From positions 1-61,799 of the IMG/VR virus record IMGVR_UViG_3300037634_002056: a DNA stretch of 61,799 nucleotides. One strand, given 5' to 3'. The stretch is from a virus. Its lineage: Duplodnaviria; Caudoviricetes. Positions within the stretch are counted from its first letter, which is position 1. Every line of letters begins with the position of its first letter. Shown piece by piece: positions 19,115 through 28,806 of this stretch. The notes under the pieces were generated by a model that saw nothing but the letters and a program-made list of their open reading frames with translations, did no database searches and was not told the origin of the DNA. The position numbers and the translations under genes were made by a program.

Positions 19115-19420
19115 TTACGTTAATAAAACTATTAGGATTATTACAACTAATCCAACTTTAAAGATTATATTTCCTAATTTTTTGGTTTTTTTCGTCACAT
19201 TTTCCATTATTTCATTTTGTTCTTTAACCAATTGACGATGTATAGCACTTGCTTCTTGACGAATAGCTAGTGGTAATTCTTTATTTCTTAAATAATCATT
19301 ATATTTAAATTCTTCACCACATTTATCATTCAAATCATCAATTAAAAAAGCAACGGGCGTAAGATTCATTTCTGATATATCATCTAATAATTTCTTAGTA
19401 TTTCTATAATCATAATTCAT
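19115..19420 (-). CDS. hypothetical protein with C-terminal TM helix
   Basis: 101 aa ending VGLVVIILIVLLT. Confidence 0.6.
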   Translation of the reverse strand: MNYDYRNTKKLLDDISEMNLTPVAFLIDDLNDKCGEEFKYNDYLRNKELPLAIRQEASAIHRQLVKEQNEIMENVTKKTKKLGNIIFKVGLVVIILIVLLT

Positions 19421-19423
19421 ATT

Positions 19424-19576
19424 TTAGCCTGTGTTATTTTTACGTTTACCTTCTTCTAATCGACCGCTGTTTAATTGTTTTTTAATTATGTCATCGATTT
19501 CTTTGACCCATTTTGGATTAAGTGCAATAATCTCTTCTAATACATTATCCAATTCTTCTAAGCTTCGTTTCTTCAT
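19424..19576 (-). CDS. small hypothetical protein (50 aa)
   Basis: MKKRSLEELDNVLEEIIALNPKW...; ATGA overlap with upstream gene, fills gap exactly. Confidence 0.55.
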   Translation of the reverse strand: MKKRSLEELDNVLEEIIALNPKWVKEIDDIIKKQLNSGRLEEGKRKNNTG

Positions 19577-20118
19577 GCTATTTTGTACCATTTAGGTGCT
19601 CCTCGTTTAGTCCACTTTGCAAGATGTTGCTTGTACGTCACATAGTATTGCTTGTAAGAAACAATAGAACATAAGTCTTTGACATCATCAGGCATTGCTG
19701 GTGTTGGTTGTGTGAATTTACCATCAGCTATATTAGTTGGTGGCGTAGCAAGTACCTTATGTAACTTGCGATAACTTTCATGCGGGTCATTTTTGTTGTA
19801 ACGATACATAAATTCTGTATTCAATTCAGTCCACATACGATATAACCACATGTAATTTTCTTTGTTTTTACGAACCCAAATACCACTGGGATGATTAATG
19901 TGTGATGCTTTGTATAGAACATGCTCAAGGTTTGAATCCAAGCGCCAACGTTTAATTTTACGATTGTTTTTAGTTCGATCAGTCCACTCTGTACCATCAA
20001 GATATCGATGTGCAGTTGACATTAGTTGTGCGTATTCAATAATCATCTTACTGCAATGCCTATCGACATGCATTTTTGCACAAACATCTTCATCTTTGTG
20101 TAGATAAAATACGTTAAT
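19573..20118 (-). CDS. pyrimidine-dimer DNA glycosylase (DenV-like) family protein; probable ATT start
   Basis: (M)NVFYLHKDEDVCAKMHVDRHCSKMIIEYAQLMSTAHR, HINHPS, PAMPD; GGAG 7 nt before ATT at 20118. Confidence 0.75.
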   Translation of the reverse strand: MNVFYLHKDEDVCAKMHVDRHCSKMIIEYAQLMSTAHRYLDGTEWTDRTKNNRKIKRWRLDSNLEHVLYKASHINHPSGIWVRKNKENYMWLYRMWTELNTEFMYRYNKNDPHESYRKLHKVLATPPTNIADGKFTQPTPAMPDDVKDLCSIVSYKQYYVTYKQHLAKWTKRGAPKWYKIA

Positions 20119-20131
20119 AGTATATCTCCCT

Positions 20132-20482
<351 letters not shown>

Positions 20483-20511
20483 TATTGTATTCCTTTAATT
20501 AACTTACTTAT

Positions 20512-20540
20512 ACTATACAGTAAGACGTATTGGTTGTCAA
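20512..20540 (-). promoter_or_regulatory. early promoter copy 3
   Basis: TTGACA-accAATACGTCTTactg-TATAGT. Confidence 0.85.
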
Positions 20541-23500
20541 CCCCAAGTTTGTTTTATTAATTCATCAATTTCACTTAATTCACTAACTACCTGATCATAT
20601 TCAGCATTAGATAAGTTTGCATTATATTTCATTATTTTTGCTATTGTATTATCTCGCAATTCTTTTTCTTGCTGACGTGATTTTGACATCATTAACGGAT
20701 CAAATGCAGTATCACGTAGCACCTTGCCGTGTTGTAACAATTTAAATATATTAATTATCCACCAGCCTGATACTTTTGACTTTTTCTTGTTCTTTCGATT
20801 CCATGGCATATTTAAATACAAATAAACATTTGCTAGATCTGCCATCGTATCAGTTTTATGCGTATTATAATAGTCTACCCATAATCTAGCAACTTCATAT
20901 TCATCTTTATATGCCATTACGTTAAATAAGTTATGCATTACTACATCTGAATATTCGGTCCTATTCAAAGATTTATCTATTAGGATTGCCTCTTGAACCA
21001 ATTTCTTATACTCATCTGCATATTTGACAGATTTATACTTCTTTAATATTTCATATCTATATAAGAACGGATCATCAGTATGTTGCTTTTCACTAATATG
21101 ATAATCTATTTCACTTCTTAGTTCGTCTATTGCATATGCACGACCACAGTGCCATGCATATTGATTATCATCCACTGCTGCACCATTAATTTCAATTGCT
21201 TTTAACATACTTTCTTCAGTAATAGGCAGCCATCCCATTTGATATGCATAACCATACATAAATGATGTTCCTGTTATCGACGATCCCAATAACTTATTGA
21301 CAATTTTCTTGACTGGGATAGGAGCTAATGTGCGCGAGTTAGACTTTGCAATATCGAGACTCAATGTATCATCAAATTTCCAATCACGATTTGTAATTAG
21401 TTCTGACGATGAACTTGAATTGGTATTAAAAACAATATTTGTATGGTCACCCATTAATTGTACACTTGTTGTATTAGTAACAACTTGTGGATCAATGCCT
21501 ATAATTAAATTAGCAGTGCCTTTATATATTTGACCCATTGCATGTTCGCCTATGCTGATTTCACTTGTCACAGCACCGTATTTCTGTGCCAATCCAGTTG
21601 AATCAATTGCACTAACTTTATGTCCGTCTAATGAAGCTGCTACTGCTAACATCTGACTAGAGCTAACAATACCAGTTCCACCAATGCCACTTAATAGAAC
21701 ATTATATCTCTTGAAATTTGTATCTAGTTCTGGTTTAGGGATATCAAATGACAACCGATCTTTAAGATCATACTGTTCAACATAACCATCAACTGTCATA
21801 AATGATGGACAAAATCCTTTCAAGCAAGATAAATCTATATTACAATTATCGTAATCTATAGTTCTTTTTGTTCCAAGCGGAGTATCTAGTGATACTATAC
21901 TTAGGCAAGTAGACTTAGTGCTACAATCACCGCACCCTACGCATATTTCTGGATTAATAAATGGCTTAGTGTCTATACCTTCTTGCAAACCTCGTTTTAT
22001 TTTTCGGCGTCTTTCTGTGGCACATTGCTTTTCGTGAATAATTACAGAAACACCTTTTTTATGTTTAAATTCTTCTTGTACTTCCATTAATGAATCCAGT
22101 GGTTCGGTACGAATTGCATGTGTAAACTTATCAGACACAATGCAGACATCATTGATGTCAATGCCTTCAGCTAACACTTGATTCACTACCATATCAACTG
22201 TCAACTTACCGTCAACAGGTTGGCCGCCAGTCATTGCCACTGCATCATTGTACAATATTTTATATGTCATATTGGCGCCAACGGCAACGGCTTGTCTAAT
22301 TGCTAATAATCCTGAATGGAAATAAGTACCATCACCCAAGTTAACAAATACATGTTTCGCTGAATCATATAAATGTTGCCCGCACCACATTGATCCTTCT
22401 CCGCCCATTGGAGAAAGAGATACATGATCTCTATCTTGCATTCCTCGTACCATAATATGGCAACCAACACCAGCTAGTCCAACTGAACCTTCAGGTAGCT
22501 TTGTACCAACATTATGAGGACAACCTGAACAGAAGTGAGGGACACGGCCTTCACTAGTTATGTTTGATGCTACAGGAATTTTTACTGCTTTACGTAATAC
22601 AGTTTCATTAAACACTTCTGTTATTTTTACTGCATCAAAATCTAATTCTTGTGGGAAATGGGATTTGCCTACTAACGGGGTAGTAATCCCCATATCATAT
22701 AATTTTGCCTTTAATTGATCTTCTACAAACCCTCGTTTTTCTTCAATAACAATAATCTTATCTCTATCTTTCGCGAAATCTATTAAGTCTTGGGTAATAG
22801 GATAAGACATGCCTACTTTCATAATATCAATGCCGTATGCTTCTATGTCAATGCCATTAACATTTATTGCATTAATTAGATCAACATAATTTTTGCCAAC
22901 TGCATAAACTGCAATCTTACCTTTTTTAGATTTATGGGTGACTTCATTGAATGGATTAAGTTTAACAAATTCTTCTATTGCTGGAAATTTTTGTTGGATC
23001 ATTCGTGCTTCTTGAGAATCACCGTCATCTGGCCATCTAACTGAAACATCAAACTCTTTTTCTGGAATAGTAGGAGCCCATGCATCTAAATTTACATCGA
23101 CTGACTGATAAGCATCTGCAATATTACTTACTATCTTTACTGAACACCAAAGGCCACTGTAACGTGATAATGCTACAGCGTTAATACCTAAACGTAATAT
23201 ATCCTCTACACCAGACGGTGTGATGCTTGGAATACTCCAACTGGCTAATGTTGAGCAAGTTTCATGTGGCAATGCTGAACTTTTTTTAGGATGATCATCA
23301 CCAGCAAACATAACAACACCACCTGTAGCAGAGGTGCCAAATAAATTACAATGTCGTAACTGGTCACCTGCTCTATCTACACCAGGACCCTTGGCGTACC
23401 AAAATGCAAATGTTCCATCATATAACTTATCACCAACTAGTCCAGCGTTTTGCGTACCTTGTACCATTCCCGCAGCAAGATCTTCGTTAACTCCAGGTAT

Positions 23501-23722
23501 GAATGTTATACCAGCAGCATCTGTTATGTGTTTCTGTTTAACAAATTCAACATCAACGCCGCCCAATGGACTGCCTCTATAACCAGAAACAAACCCGGCG
23601 GTATTAAGACCGTTGCGTTTATCTAGTTCTTTCTGCAACAACGCAAGTTTTAGTATTGACTGTGAGCCAGACATAACGAATACACCATCATTCGATAAAT
23701 ATCTATTCTCTAATTCGCCCAT
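20537..23722 (-). CDS. indolepyruvate:ferredoxin oxidoreductase family protein (fused alpha/beta)
   Basis: SGYRGSPLGG, NEDLAA, FCSGCPH, GDGTYFHSG (TPP), AMTGGQ, CVGCGDC...CPSF, GIGGTG, GLAQKYG, MAYKDEYEVARL. Confidence 0.92.
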   Translation of the reverse strand: MGELENRYLSNDGVFVMSGSQSILKLALLQKELDKRNGLNTAGFVSGYRGSPLGGVDVEFVKQKHITDAAGITFIPGVNEDLAAGMVQGTQNAGLVGDKLYDGTFAFWYAKGPGVDRAGDQLRHCNLFGTSATGGVVMFAGDDHPKKSSALPHETCSTLASWSIPSITPSGVEDILRLGINAVALSRYSGLWCSVKIVSNIADAYQSVDVNLDAWAPTIPEKEFDVSVRWPDDGDSQEARMIQQKFPAIEEFVKLNPFNEVTHKSKKGKIAVYAVGKNYVDLINAINVNGIDIEAYGIDIMKVGMSYPITQDLIDFAKDRDKIIVIEEKRGFVEDQLKAKLYDMGITTPLVGKSHFPQELDFDAVKITEVFNETVLRKAVKIPVASNITSEGRVPHFCSGCPHNVGTKLPEGSVGLAGVGCHIMVRGMQDRDHVSLSPMGGEGSMWCGQHLYDSAKHVFVNLGDGTYFHSGLLAIRQAVAVGANMTYKILYNDAVAMTGGQPVDGKLTVDMVVNQVLAEGIDINDVCIVSDKFTHAIRTEPLDSLMEVQEEFKHKKGVSVIIHEKQCATERRRKIKRGLQEGIDTKPFINPEICVGCGDCSTKSTCLSIVSLDTPLGTKRTIDYDNCNIDLSCLKGFCPSFMTVDGYVEQYDLKDRLSFDIPKPELDTNFKRYNVLLSGIGGTGIVSSSQMLAVAASLDGHKVSAIDSTGLAQKYGAVTSEISIGEHAMGQIYKGTANLIIGIDPQVVTNTTSVQLMGDHTNIVFNTNSSSSSELITNRDWKFDDTLSLDIAKSNSRTLAPIPVKKIVNKLLGSSITGTSFMYGYAYQMGWLPITEESMLKAIEINGAAVDDNQYAWHCGRAYAIDELRSEIDYHISEKQHTDDPFLYRYEILKKYKSVKYADEYKKLVQEAILIDKSLNRTEYSDVVMHNLFNVMAYKDEYEVARLWVDYYNTHKTDTMADLANVYLYLNMPWNRKNKKKSKVSGWWIINIFKLLQHGKVLRDTAFDPLMMSKSRQQEKELRDNTIAKIMKYNANLSNAEYDQVVSELSEIDELIKQTWG

Positions 23723-23739
23723 GTATTTTCTCCTACATT

Positions 23740-24156
23740 TTATGGTGCCGCGTCCCTTTCATCCCACGGTCCCATTTCATAACAAGGCTGGGGCATTATA
23801 TCTTTATATATGATAAGAACTTCAGTTCCGGTTGCTGTGGTTTTTGAAGTTATTGTTTCGACCCCTTGTTCCCTTGGCTTACCAAAACATCTATTGTTGC
23901 TTTGGCCTGGATATCTATAACGCGGATTGTGCGCTAGAAAATCAATTAATTCTTTAAGATGTTCTTCTTCTGTTTTTATAATATATGAATCATGACATGA
24001 TGCTGGTATATTAAAGTCAAAAGTGTTAAAATGTTCCTTTGTATAGTTACTCTTTAATAAACACATCTTTAAAATATTATTGGATTCAGATGCATCAGCC
24101 GCTGGTAAAAAGCCAAGCGTGGTTAAAATAACTAACATCATTACTACATCCCGCAT
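23740..24156 (-). CDS. hypothetical secreted protein
   Basis: signal-peptide-like N-terminus. Confidence 0.6.
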   Translation of the reverse strand: MRDVVMMLVILTTLGFLPAADASESNNILKMCLLKSNYTKEHFNTFDFNIPASCHDSYIIKTEEEHLKELIDFLAHNPRYRYPGQSNNRCFGKPREQGVETITSKTTATGTEVLIIYKDIMPQPCYEMGPWDERDAAP

Positions 24157-24160
24157 AATT

Positions 24161-24661
24161 TTATGTCTCTACTTTATTTACTGTGATTCCAGACTTGTGC
24201 AAGAAATCCGTGCCAGCTGTACTGCGATAATCATGTTTATAGTATACATTGGTTATACCACTTTGATAAATTAATTTAGCACAGTTTATACATGGCGAGT
24301 GTGTACAAAATAATGTAGCATCCTTTCCACTTTCATGGCTACCTGCAAGTTTAGTTAGTGCATTAGCTTCTGCATGCAATACTTCTGGTTTAGTTACAAG
24401 TCGATAGCGATTACCTTTCTCATCTTGATATGGCCATTGATCCTCAACTGTTGAGGTATTTAACCAACATCCTGCATCATTGTCCATATACTCTCTATGT
24501 TCGCAATCATTGTCCCAACCCATTGGCATGCCATTATAGCCAATACTAATAATACGATTATCCTTAATAACGATGCTGCCTACTTTTAGTCGTTCAGCAT
24601 ATGATAGTTCTGCAAATCGCTCAGCTACATCCATAAATGCGTGTATATATTTTTCTTTCAT
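24161..24661 (-). CDS. dCMP deaminase
   Basis: SIGYNG, HAEANAL, PCINC. Confidence 0.92.
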   Translation of the reverse strand: MKEKYIHAFMDVAERFAELSYAERLKVGSIVIKDNRIISIGYNGMPMGWDNDCEHREYMDNDAGCWLNTSTVEDQWPYQDEKGNRYRLVTKPEVLHAEANALTKLAGSHESGKDATLFCTHSPCINCAKLIYQSGITNVYYKHDYRSTAGTDFLHKSGITVNKVET

Positions 24662-25014
24662 TTTAGGCTCTTGACTTTTCTAGGCGTATATCGACTGGTC
24701 CGTTTACAATGTCAGCAGCAATTGCCTTAGCATCATCTACCATTTTTAAAACCTCTTGAACCGTTTCTCTTGGTAAATCCCCAAATGTTGCCTGAAACGT
24801 GAAGTCATAGTTTTTATCGTATTCGATATCCACATCAAGCCTCTGAATTATATATTCAATCTGAGGATTGGACTTCTGAAGTTGATATCTCAAGCGATGA
24901 ATTTCAGTGGTCTTCTCAAGCAAAACCTTTGCCTTTTTATGCAGCTCGTCTATACTATGATACATCTTCATGATCTCCCTTATCCATAAATGCGTGTATA
25001 TATTTTTCTTTCAT
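24629..25014. repeat. 33-bp direct repeat (24629-24661 and 24982-25014) flanking an inserted ORF
   Basis: ATCCATAAATGCGTGTATATATTTTTCTTTCAT twice = first 11 codons of dCMP deaminase. Confidence 0.9.
24663..24971 (-). CDS. hypothetical protein (inserted)
   Basis: 102 aa, GGGAG RBS, between the 33-bp repeats. Confidence 0.7.
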   Translation of the reverse strand: MKMYHSIDELHKKAKVLLEKTTEIHRLRYQLQKSNPQIEYIIQRLDVDIEYDKNYDFTFQATFGDLPRETVQEVLKMVDDAKAIAADIVNGPVDIRLEKSRA

Positions 25015-25460
25015 ATTAGATTTTGATTACTTGGTGTTAGGTGGTCGCCATTCTCGATGGTCTTAATATTATGGCAATTGTGACATAATGTCTGTAAATT
25101 GGATGGATCATTGTTTTCATGATTACCATCAATATGGTCCACGCTTAATGAACTACGTACCATTGAATTAAATAATTTTGGGTCACTTTTTTTGTATTTG
25201 TTAACCCTAGGCAGTTTAGCAGGTTGAAAATTACATTCTTCACAATAGTCTAATCGATGTTGACTGTATACTTTTTCTGCCGTTGCTAATCCACCAAACT
25301 GTTTAAAGTTGCGTTGGTGTTCATCACAATAGTCCTTCTCACCTGGCCCCTTCCATAATGTAAGATGCTTATCACATCCAGGAACCTTGCACTTATTTGA
25401 TAATGCTATACGCATTTCATTTGTGCTTTTGCGTTGACGGTCTGTAGCTTCGCGGATCAT
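25011..25460 (-). CDS. HNH endonuclease with Zn-binding motifs
   Basis: CKVPGC..YCDEH; CEEC; DHIDGNHENN...LCHNCH. Confidence 0.85.
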   Translation of the reverse strand: MIREATDRQRKSTNEMRIALSNKCKVPGCDKHLTLWKGPGEKDYCDEHQRNFKQFGGLATAEKVYSQHRLDYCEECNFQPAKLPRVNKYKKSDPKLFNSMVRSSLSVDHIDGNHENNDPSNLQTLCHNCHNIKTIENGDHLTPSNQNLI

Positions 25461-26647
25461 GCTACCTCCATTGTTTTAAAATTATAACTCTCTGCAAATG
25501 ATGGTAAATCAAATTCGAAGTTATTTTGTGCAAGGACTCGGGCAATCCATGGTGGAGCAACTTTTGTTTGGTTACATCGATAAGTTTTACCATCAATTAA
25601 TCGACCCGCAGCCTTTTCAGCGTCTACATATGTTTGATATGCATCCTGTACAAGCTTATGTTTTTTACTGCCTACTACCCATGTATTTTCAGTAACACGG
25701 CTCATAATTTTTGCAATAGCGTTAAGATAGTCGTCTGTAATTTGAATACCATCATTTAAACATTGACGTATAAACACACTCATATTATCTATTTCTAGTG
25801 ATACAAATGGCTTGTCTGCATTTGTAATTGAATGGTAATACATAACACGTTCAAAAATCTCAACTGGGAAATTACGATTAAAGACTTCTGTCATACGTGA
25901 CCACGCGCCAGCATTCTTTTCATCACCAAACTTTTCATCAGTGGCAAAGTATGAATACTTCTCAAAATAGCTCTGCATAGTAAAGCATCTGATATTCCAA
26001 AAATCTTCACAGTTATCATGACGCATACCAGCAACATACTGTTTATACAAATCAATATTATCCAATTGTTTGCTAGTTTTACCACTATTAAATTCTACAA
26101 ATCGACGTCGAATTGCTGCTCGATCATCTCCAGGATATTCATCAACTGGAATTAAGATATCTTCAGGATCAGCCCCAAAGCCAAATGTACCAATAATCCA
26201 TAATGCTATCGCAGTATGTTGGCCATCCCATGCAACTTGTCGATCTATTAAGCCGTCTTTGCGATGACTGTCGCGGTATGTACGGATACGGTTAACATAG
26301 CTTGGATCAAATTCACCAACAATGTTTAGTAAATTTTCTCGATCTGGCCAACGTTGCATAGTATCGTTAATGTCAAGAACAATACTTGAATAATATTCAA
26401 TCTTACCCATGCCTACCATGTCTTGGATCATATCACTGTATGTTTCATAACCCATAGCAGCAACCATTCCTTGGGCAAGTGATTCAAACATTGTTGGTAA
26501 TATCGGGTCTTTTTGGTACAATTCTTGTAATCGTTCACCAATGGTGACAAATTTATCTTCATCACTGTGATATGATTCATTGATACGATTAGCATATTCA
26601 TCAACTAACTTAATCATTGGGGCTGCCTTCTTTTTAGTTGCTGTCAC
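25457..26647 (-). CDS. ParB/Srx-like (DGQH-motif) protein
   Basis: MQR...WDGQHTA...FVEFN pattern. Confidence 0.55.
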   Translation of the reverse strand: MTATKKKAAPMIKLVDEYANRINESYHSDEDKFVTIGERLQELYQKDPILPTMFESLAQGMVAAMGYETYSDMIQDMVGMGKIEYYSSIVLDINDTMQRWPDRENLLNIVGEFDPSYVNRIRTYRDSHRKDGLIDRQVAWDGQHTAIALWIIGTFGFGADPEDILIPVDEYPGDDRAAIRRRFVEFNSGKTSKQLDNIDLYKQYVAGMRHDNCEDFWNIRCFTMQSYFEKYSYFATDEKFGDEKNAGAWSRMTEVFNRNFPVEIFERVMYYHSITNADKPFVSLEIDNMSVFIRQCLNDGIQITDDYLNAIAKIMSRVTENTWVVGSKKHKLVQDAYQTYVDAEKAAGRLIDGKTYRCNQTKVAPPWIARVLAQNNFEFDLPSFAESYNFKTMEVA

Positions 26648-26652
26648 AATTA

Positions 26653-27072
26653 TTATCCCTCTTTGATTTCCTGAAATTCGCCATCGCGTACAATTGCCAT
26701 AACGCTACCACCTGAACAACGAACATAGTTACGACCTCCATCAATCATATTGCCATTTTCAAACTTTTTATAGCTATGATGGCCTTCACTATATTCAAAT
26801 AAATTATCATCATTCAGTACCATACCGAATGTAAAATCTTCAATAATGTCAGCATTTGTAATCATGGTGTCAAATGTTATTGGATCTTTATATAATCCAA
26901 AATAACGATTGCCAAATTTTGGGTGTGGTGTCGCTCTGAAAAATACATCAATATGAACATCTGATATGGCTATATCAGTAGTACATACATATTTTACAGG
27001 TACTCCGTCCTTTTTAGAAAAATGCTTGACCACTTTATTGTCATCAAATTTTGGATTATGTTTAATATTCAT
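26653..27072 (-). CDS. hypothetical phage protein
   Basis: 139 aa; HPKFGNRYFG, IDGGRNY. Confidence 0.75.
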   Translation of the reverse strand: MNIKHNPKFDDNKVVKHFSKKDGVPVKYVCTTDIAISDVHIDVFFRATPHPKFGNRYFGLYKDPITFDTMITNADIIEDFTFGMVLNDDNLFEYSEGHHSYKKFENGNMIDGGRNYVRCSGGSVMAIVRDGEFQEIKEG

Positions 27073-27076
27073 AATA

Positions 27077-27433
27077 TTATTTAGGCTCCCGCGCCCAGGC
27101 TGCTAATTGATCAAAACCAGCATGGGCAACAATATGTTTTGTACCGTCACTAGCTTCAATAATATCTCCGACGCTAACTGAACGCATTTGTGCCACACGA
27201 TCAATGTTTTCTTCTGGACCCATGTTACCTATATGAAATACTTCATCAAGTGTAGCAGCAGTAATAGTAGCAACATGCTCATGATATGAATCTGATTTAA
27301 CTCTACCAAAACTAGCATCTAAATATGCTTGAATGCGTGGCTCATTGTTAGCGGCTTCTGTCCAACCATTATCATTTACATAATCACTATCGCTATCAGT
27401 TAAACTAATTTGGTATACTTTAAATTGCGCCAT
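27077..27433 (-). CDS. YodL-like hypothetical protein
   Basis: FKVYQI ... LDEVF ... RSVSVGDII; AGGAG RBS. Confidence 0.6.
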   Translation of the reverse strand: MAQFKVYQISLTDSDSDYVNDNGWTEAANNEPRIQAYLDASFGRVKSDSYHEHVATITAATLDEVFHIGNMGPEENIDRVAQMRSVSVGDIIEASDGTKHIVAHAGFDQLAAWAREPK

Positions 27434-27466
27434 GTTGTTTGCTCCTAAATCTCAGTTCGTACATAA

Positions 27467-27495
27467 ATTATAACACACGGAAATAACTATGTCAA
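27467..27495 (-). promoter_or_regulatory. sigma70 promoter
   Basis: TTGACA-17 nt-TATAAT. Confidence 0.75.
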
Positions 27496-27566
27496 ATAAA
27501 TCCTATCCAATGCGTAACATCATCACATGGGTCATCAACACGACTCCAGCCATTTTCGTTTTGCAT
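27492..27566 (-). CDS. small acidic peptide (24 aa)
   Basis: MQNENGWSRVDDPCDDVTHWIGFI*; AAGGTGA RBS; first ORF after promoter copy 4. Confidence 0.5.
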   Translation of the reverse strand: MQNENGWSRVDDPCDDVTHWIGFI

Positions 27567-27597
27567 AATGTCACCTTTTTGTTTAACTTATACTTAT

Positions 27598-27626
27598 ATA
27601 TTACAGCAAGCCGTATTGGTTGTCAA
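27598..27626 (-). promoter_or_regulatory. early promoter copy 4
   Basis: TTGACA-accAATACGGCTTgctg-TAATAT then ataagtataagttaa. Confidence 0.8.
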
Positions 27627-27683
27627 GAAAAAGCCAAAGAATAAAATCCTTGGCCTTCAAGTAGTTATAAATTATTTTTAAAA

Positions 27684-28742
27684 TTATGGTGTATATATAA
27701 ATGTGGATGGGAATAATTGAATCCAGTTTGTTCCGTCATATCCTTCAAACATTTTTGTTGATGTATTAAAGAACATCATACCTTCTACTGGAGAAGTTGG
27801 TCTTTGATGTGCTGCTCCTTTAGGCAATACAAATGTAGTTGTTACTTCAACATTACCAGTAACATCACCATCCAAGTCTGCGTGAACAATAGGACCCGGT
27901 GTTGCATCGTCTTCAATAATAAGTGTGCCACCAGTTCTATCATAAACTGCACCGTTCCAATTACCTAAGGTAGTTGTTCCAGTAAAGTCTGCCATACCGC
28001 CAGTAAATGTAGCAGTGCCACTAATATTAGTGGTGCCTGCATTTAATGTTGTTGTGTTTGCGGTATCAACTGTTAAAGAGGAATCTAAATTACCAGTTCC
28101 GCTTTCTAAAATTTTATCGGCACCTGTTGGATTATAAACATCACCATAAGTGTTGCCCATTAGTCCGCCAGTAAATGTAGTGCTTGTGCTTGATACATCA
28201 ACAATAACTGTGCCACTGTTGTTTATAACATCACCGCGATATGTTGCTGGTGTTGCTGCGTTACCTGGATCCAATACAATTGAGGTTGTATCAGTTTGAT
28301 CTGCTAAATTGTATCCAACTTTTGTTGCGTATGAATAGTCTGTATCAGTAAAGCTAATAACACCCGTTGAACTATCATAAGACAAACTACCACTTGCCGA
28401 AATGGCTGCTCTTGCATCTGCATCTGTATATTGTGTTGGTAAATTACCTGCAACAATTGTATCTGCTGTAAGTGTTCTTACTGACAAGTCACCTTTAATT
28501 AATGTCTGATTACTGGCATCGATATCATTGACCGTGTCGCTACCTAAGGTTATATCATTAATTAATAGAAAGCTATCAGTCTGTGCATCCTTAATAAGTC
28601 CAGCATAATTTACTGCACCTATCTTCCCCAACCAGCCAATATCAGTTGGGCTAGCGCCAGACTTATTTAGTAGTATTATCGGATCTGTAAATGCAGTATC
28701 CGAACTAATTAAGTTCTTTGTATTAATTTTTCTAAATGTCAC
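27684..28742 (-). CDS. putative virion structural/tail-fibre-like protein
   Basis: T/G/D/S-rich; SLSYDSSTGVISF; C-terminal RPTSPVEGMMFFNTSTKMFEGYDG; late promoter upstream. Confidence 0.7.
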   Translation of the reverse strand: MTFRKINTKNLISSDTAFTDPIILLNKSGASPTDIGWLGKIGAVNYAGLIKDAQTDSFLLINDITLGSDTVNDIDASNQTLIKGDLSVRTLTADTIVAGNLPTQYTDADARAAISASGSLSYDSSTGVISFTDTDYSYATKVGYNLADQTDTTSIVLDPGNAATPATYRGDVINNSGTVIVDVSSTSTTFTGGLMGNTYGDVYNPTGADKILESGTGNLDSSLTVDTANTTTLNAGTTNISGTATFTGGMADFTGTTTLGNWNGAVYDRTGGTLIIEDDATPGPIVHADLDGDVTGNVEVTTTFVLPKGAAHQRPTSPVEGMMFFNTSTKMFEGYDGTNWIQLFPSTFIYTP

Positions 28743-28786
28743 CGTAAGCTCCTGGTCGTTTGGTATATAAAATCGATGTATATCCT

Positions 28787-28794
28787 TATTTATA
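28787..28794 (-). promoter_or_regulatory. T4-type late promoter
   Basis: exact TATAAATA upstream of structural gene. Confidence 0.6.
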
Positions 28795-28806
28795 TTAAAT
28801 GCTTAT

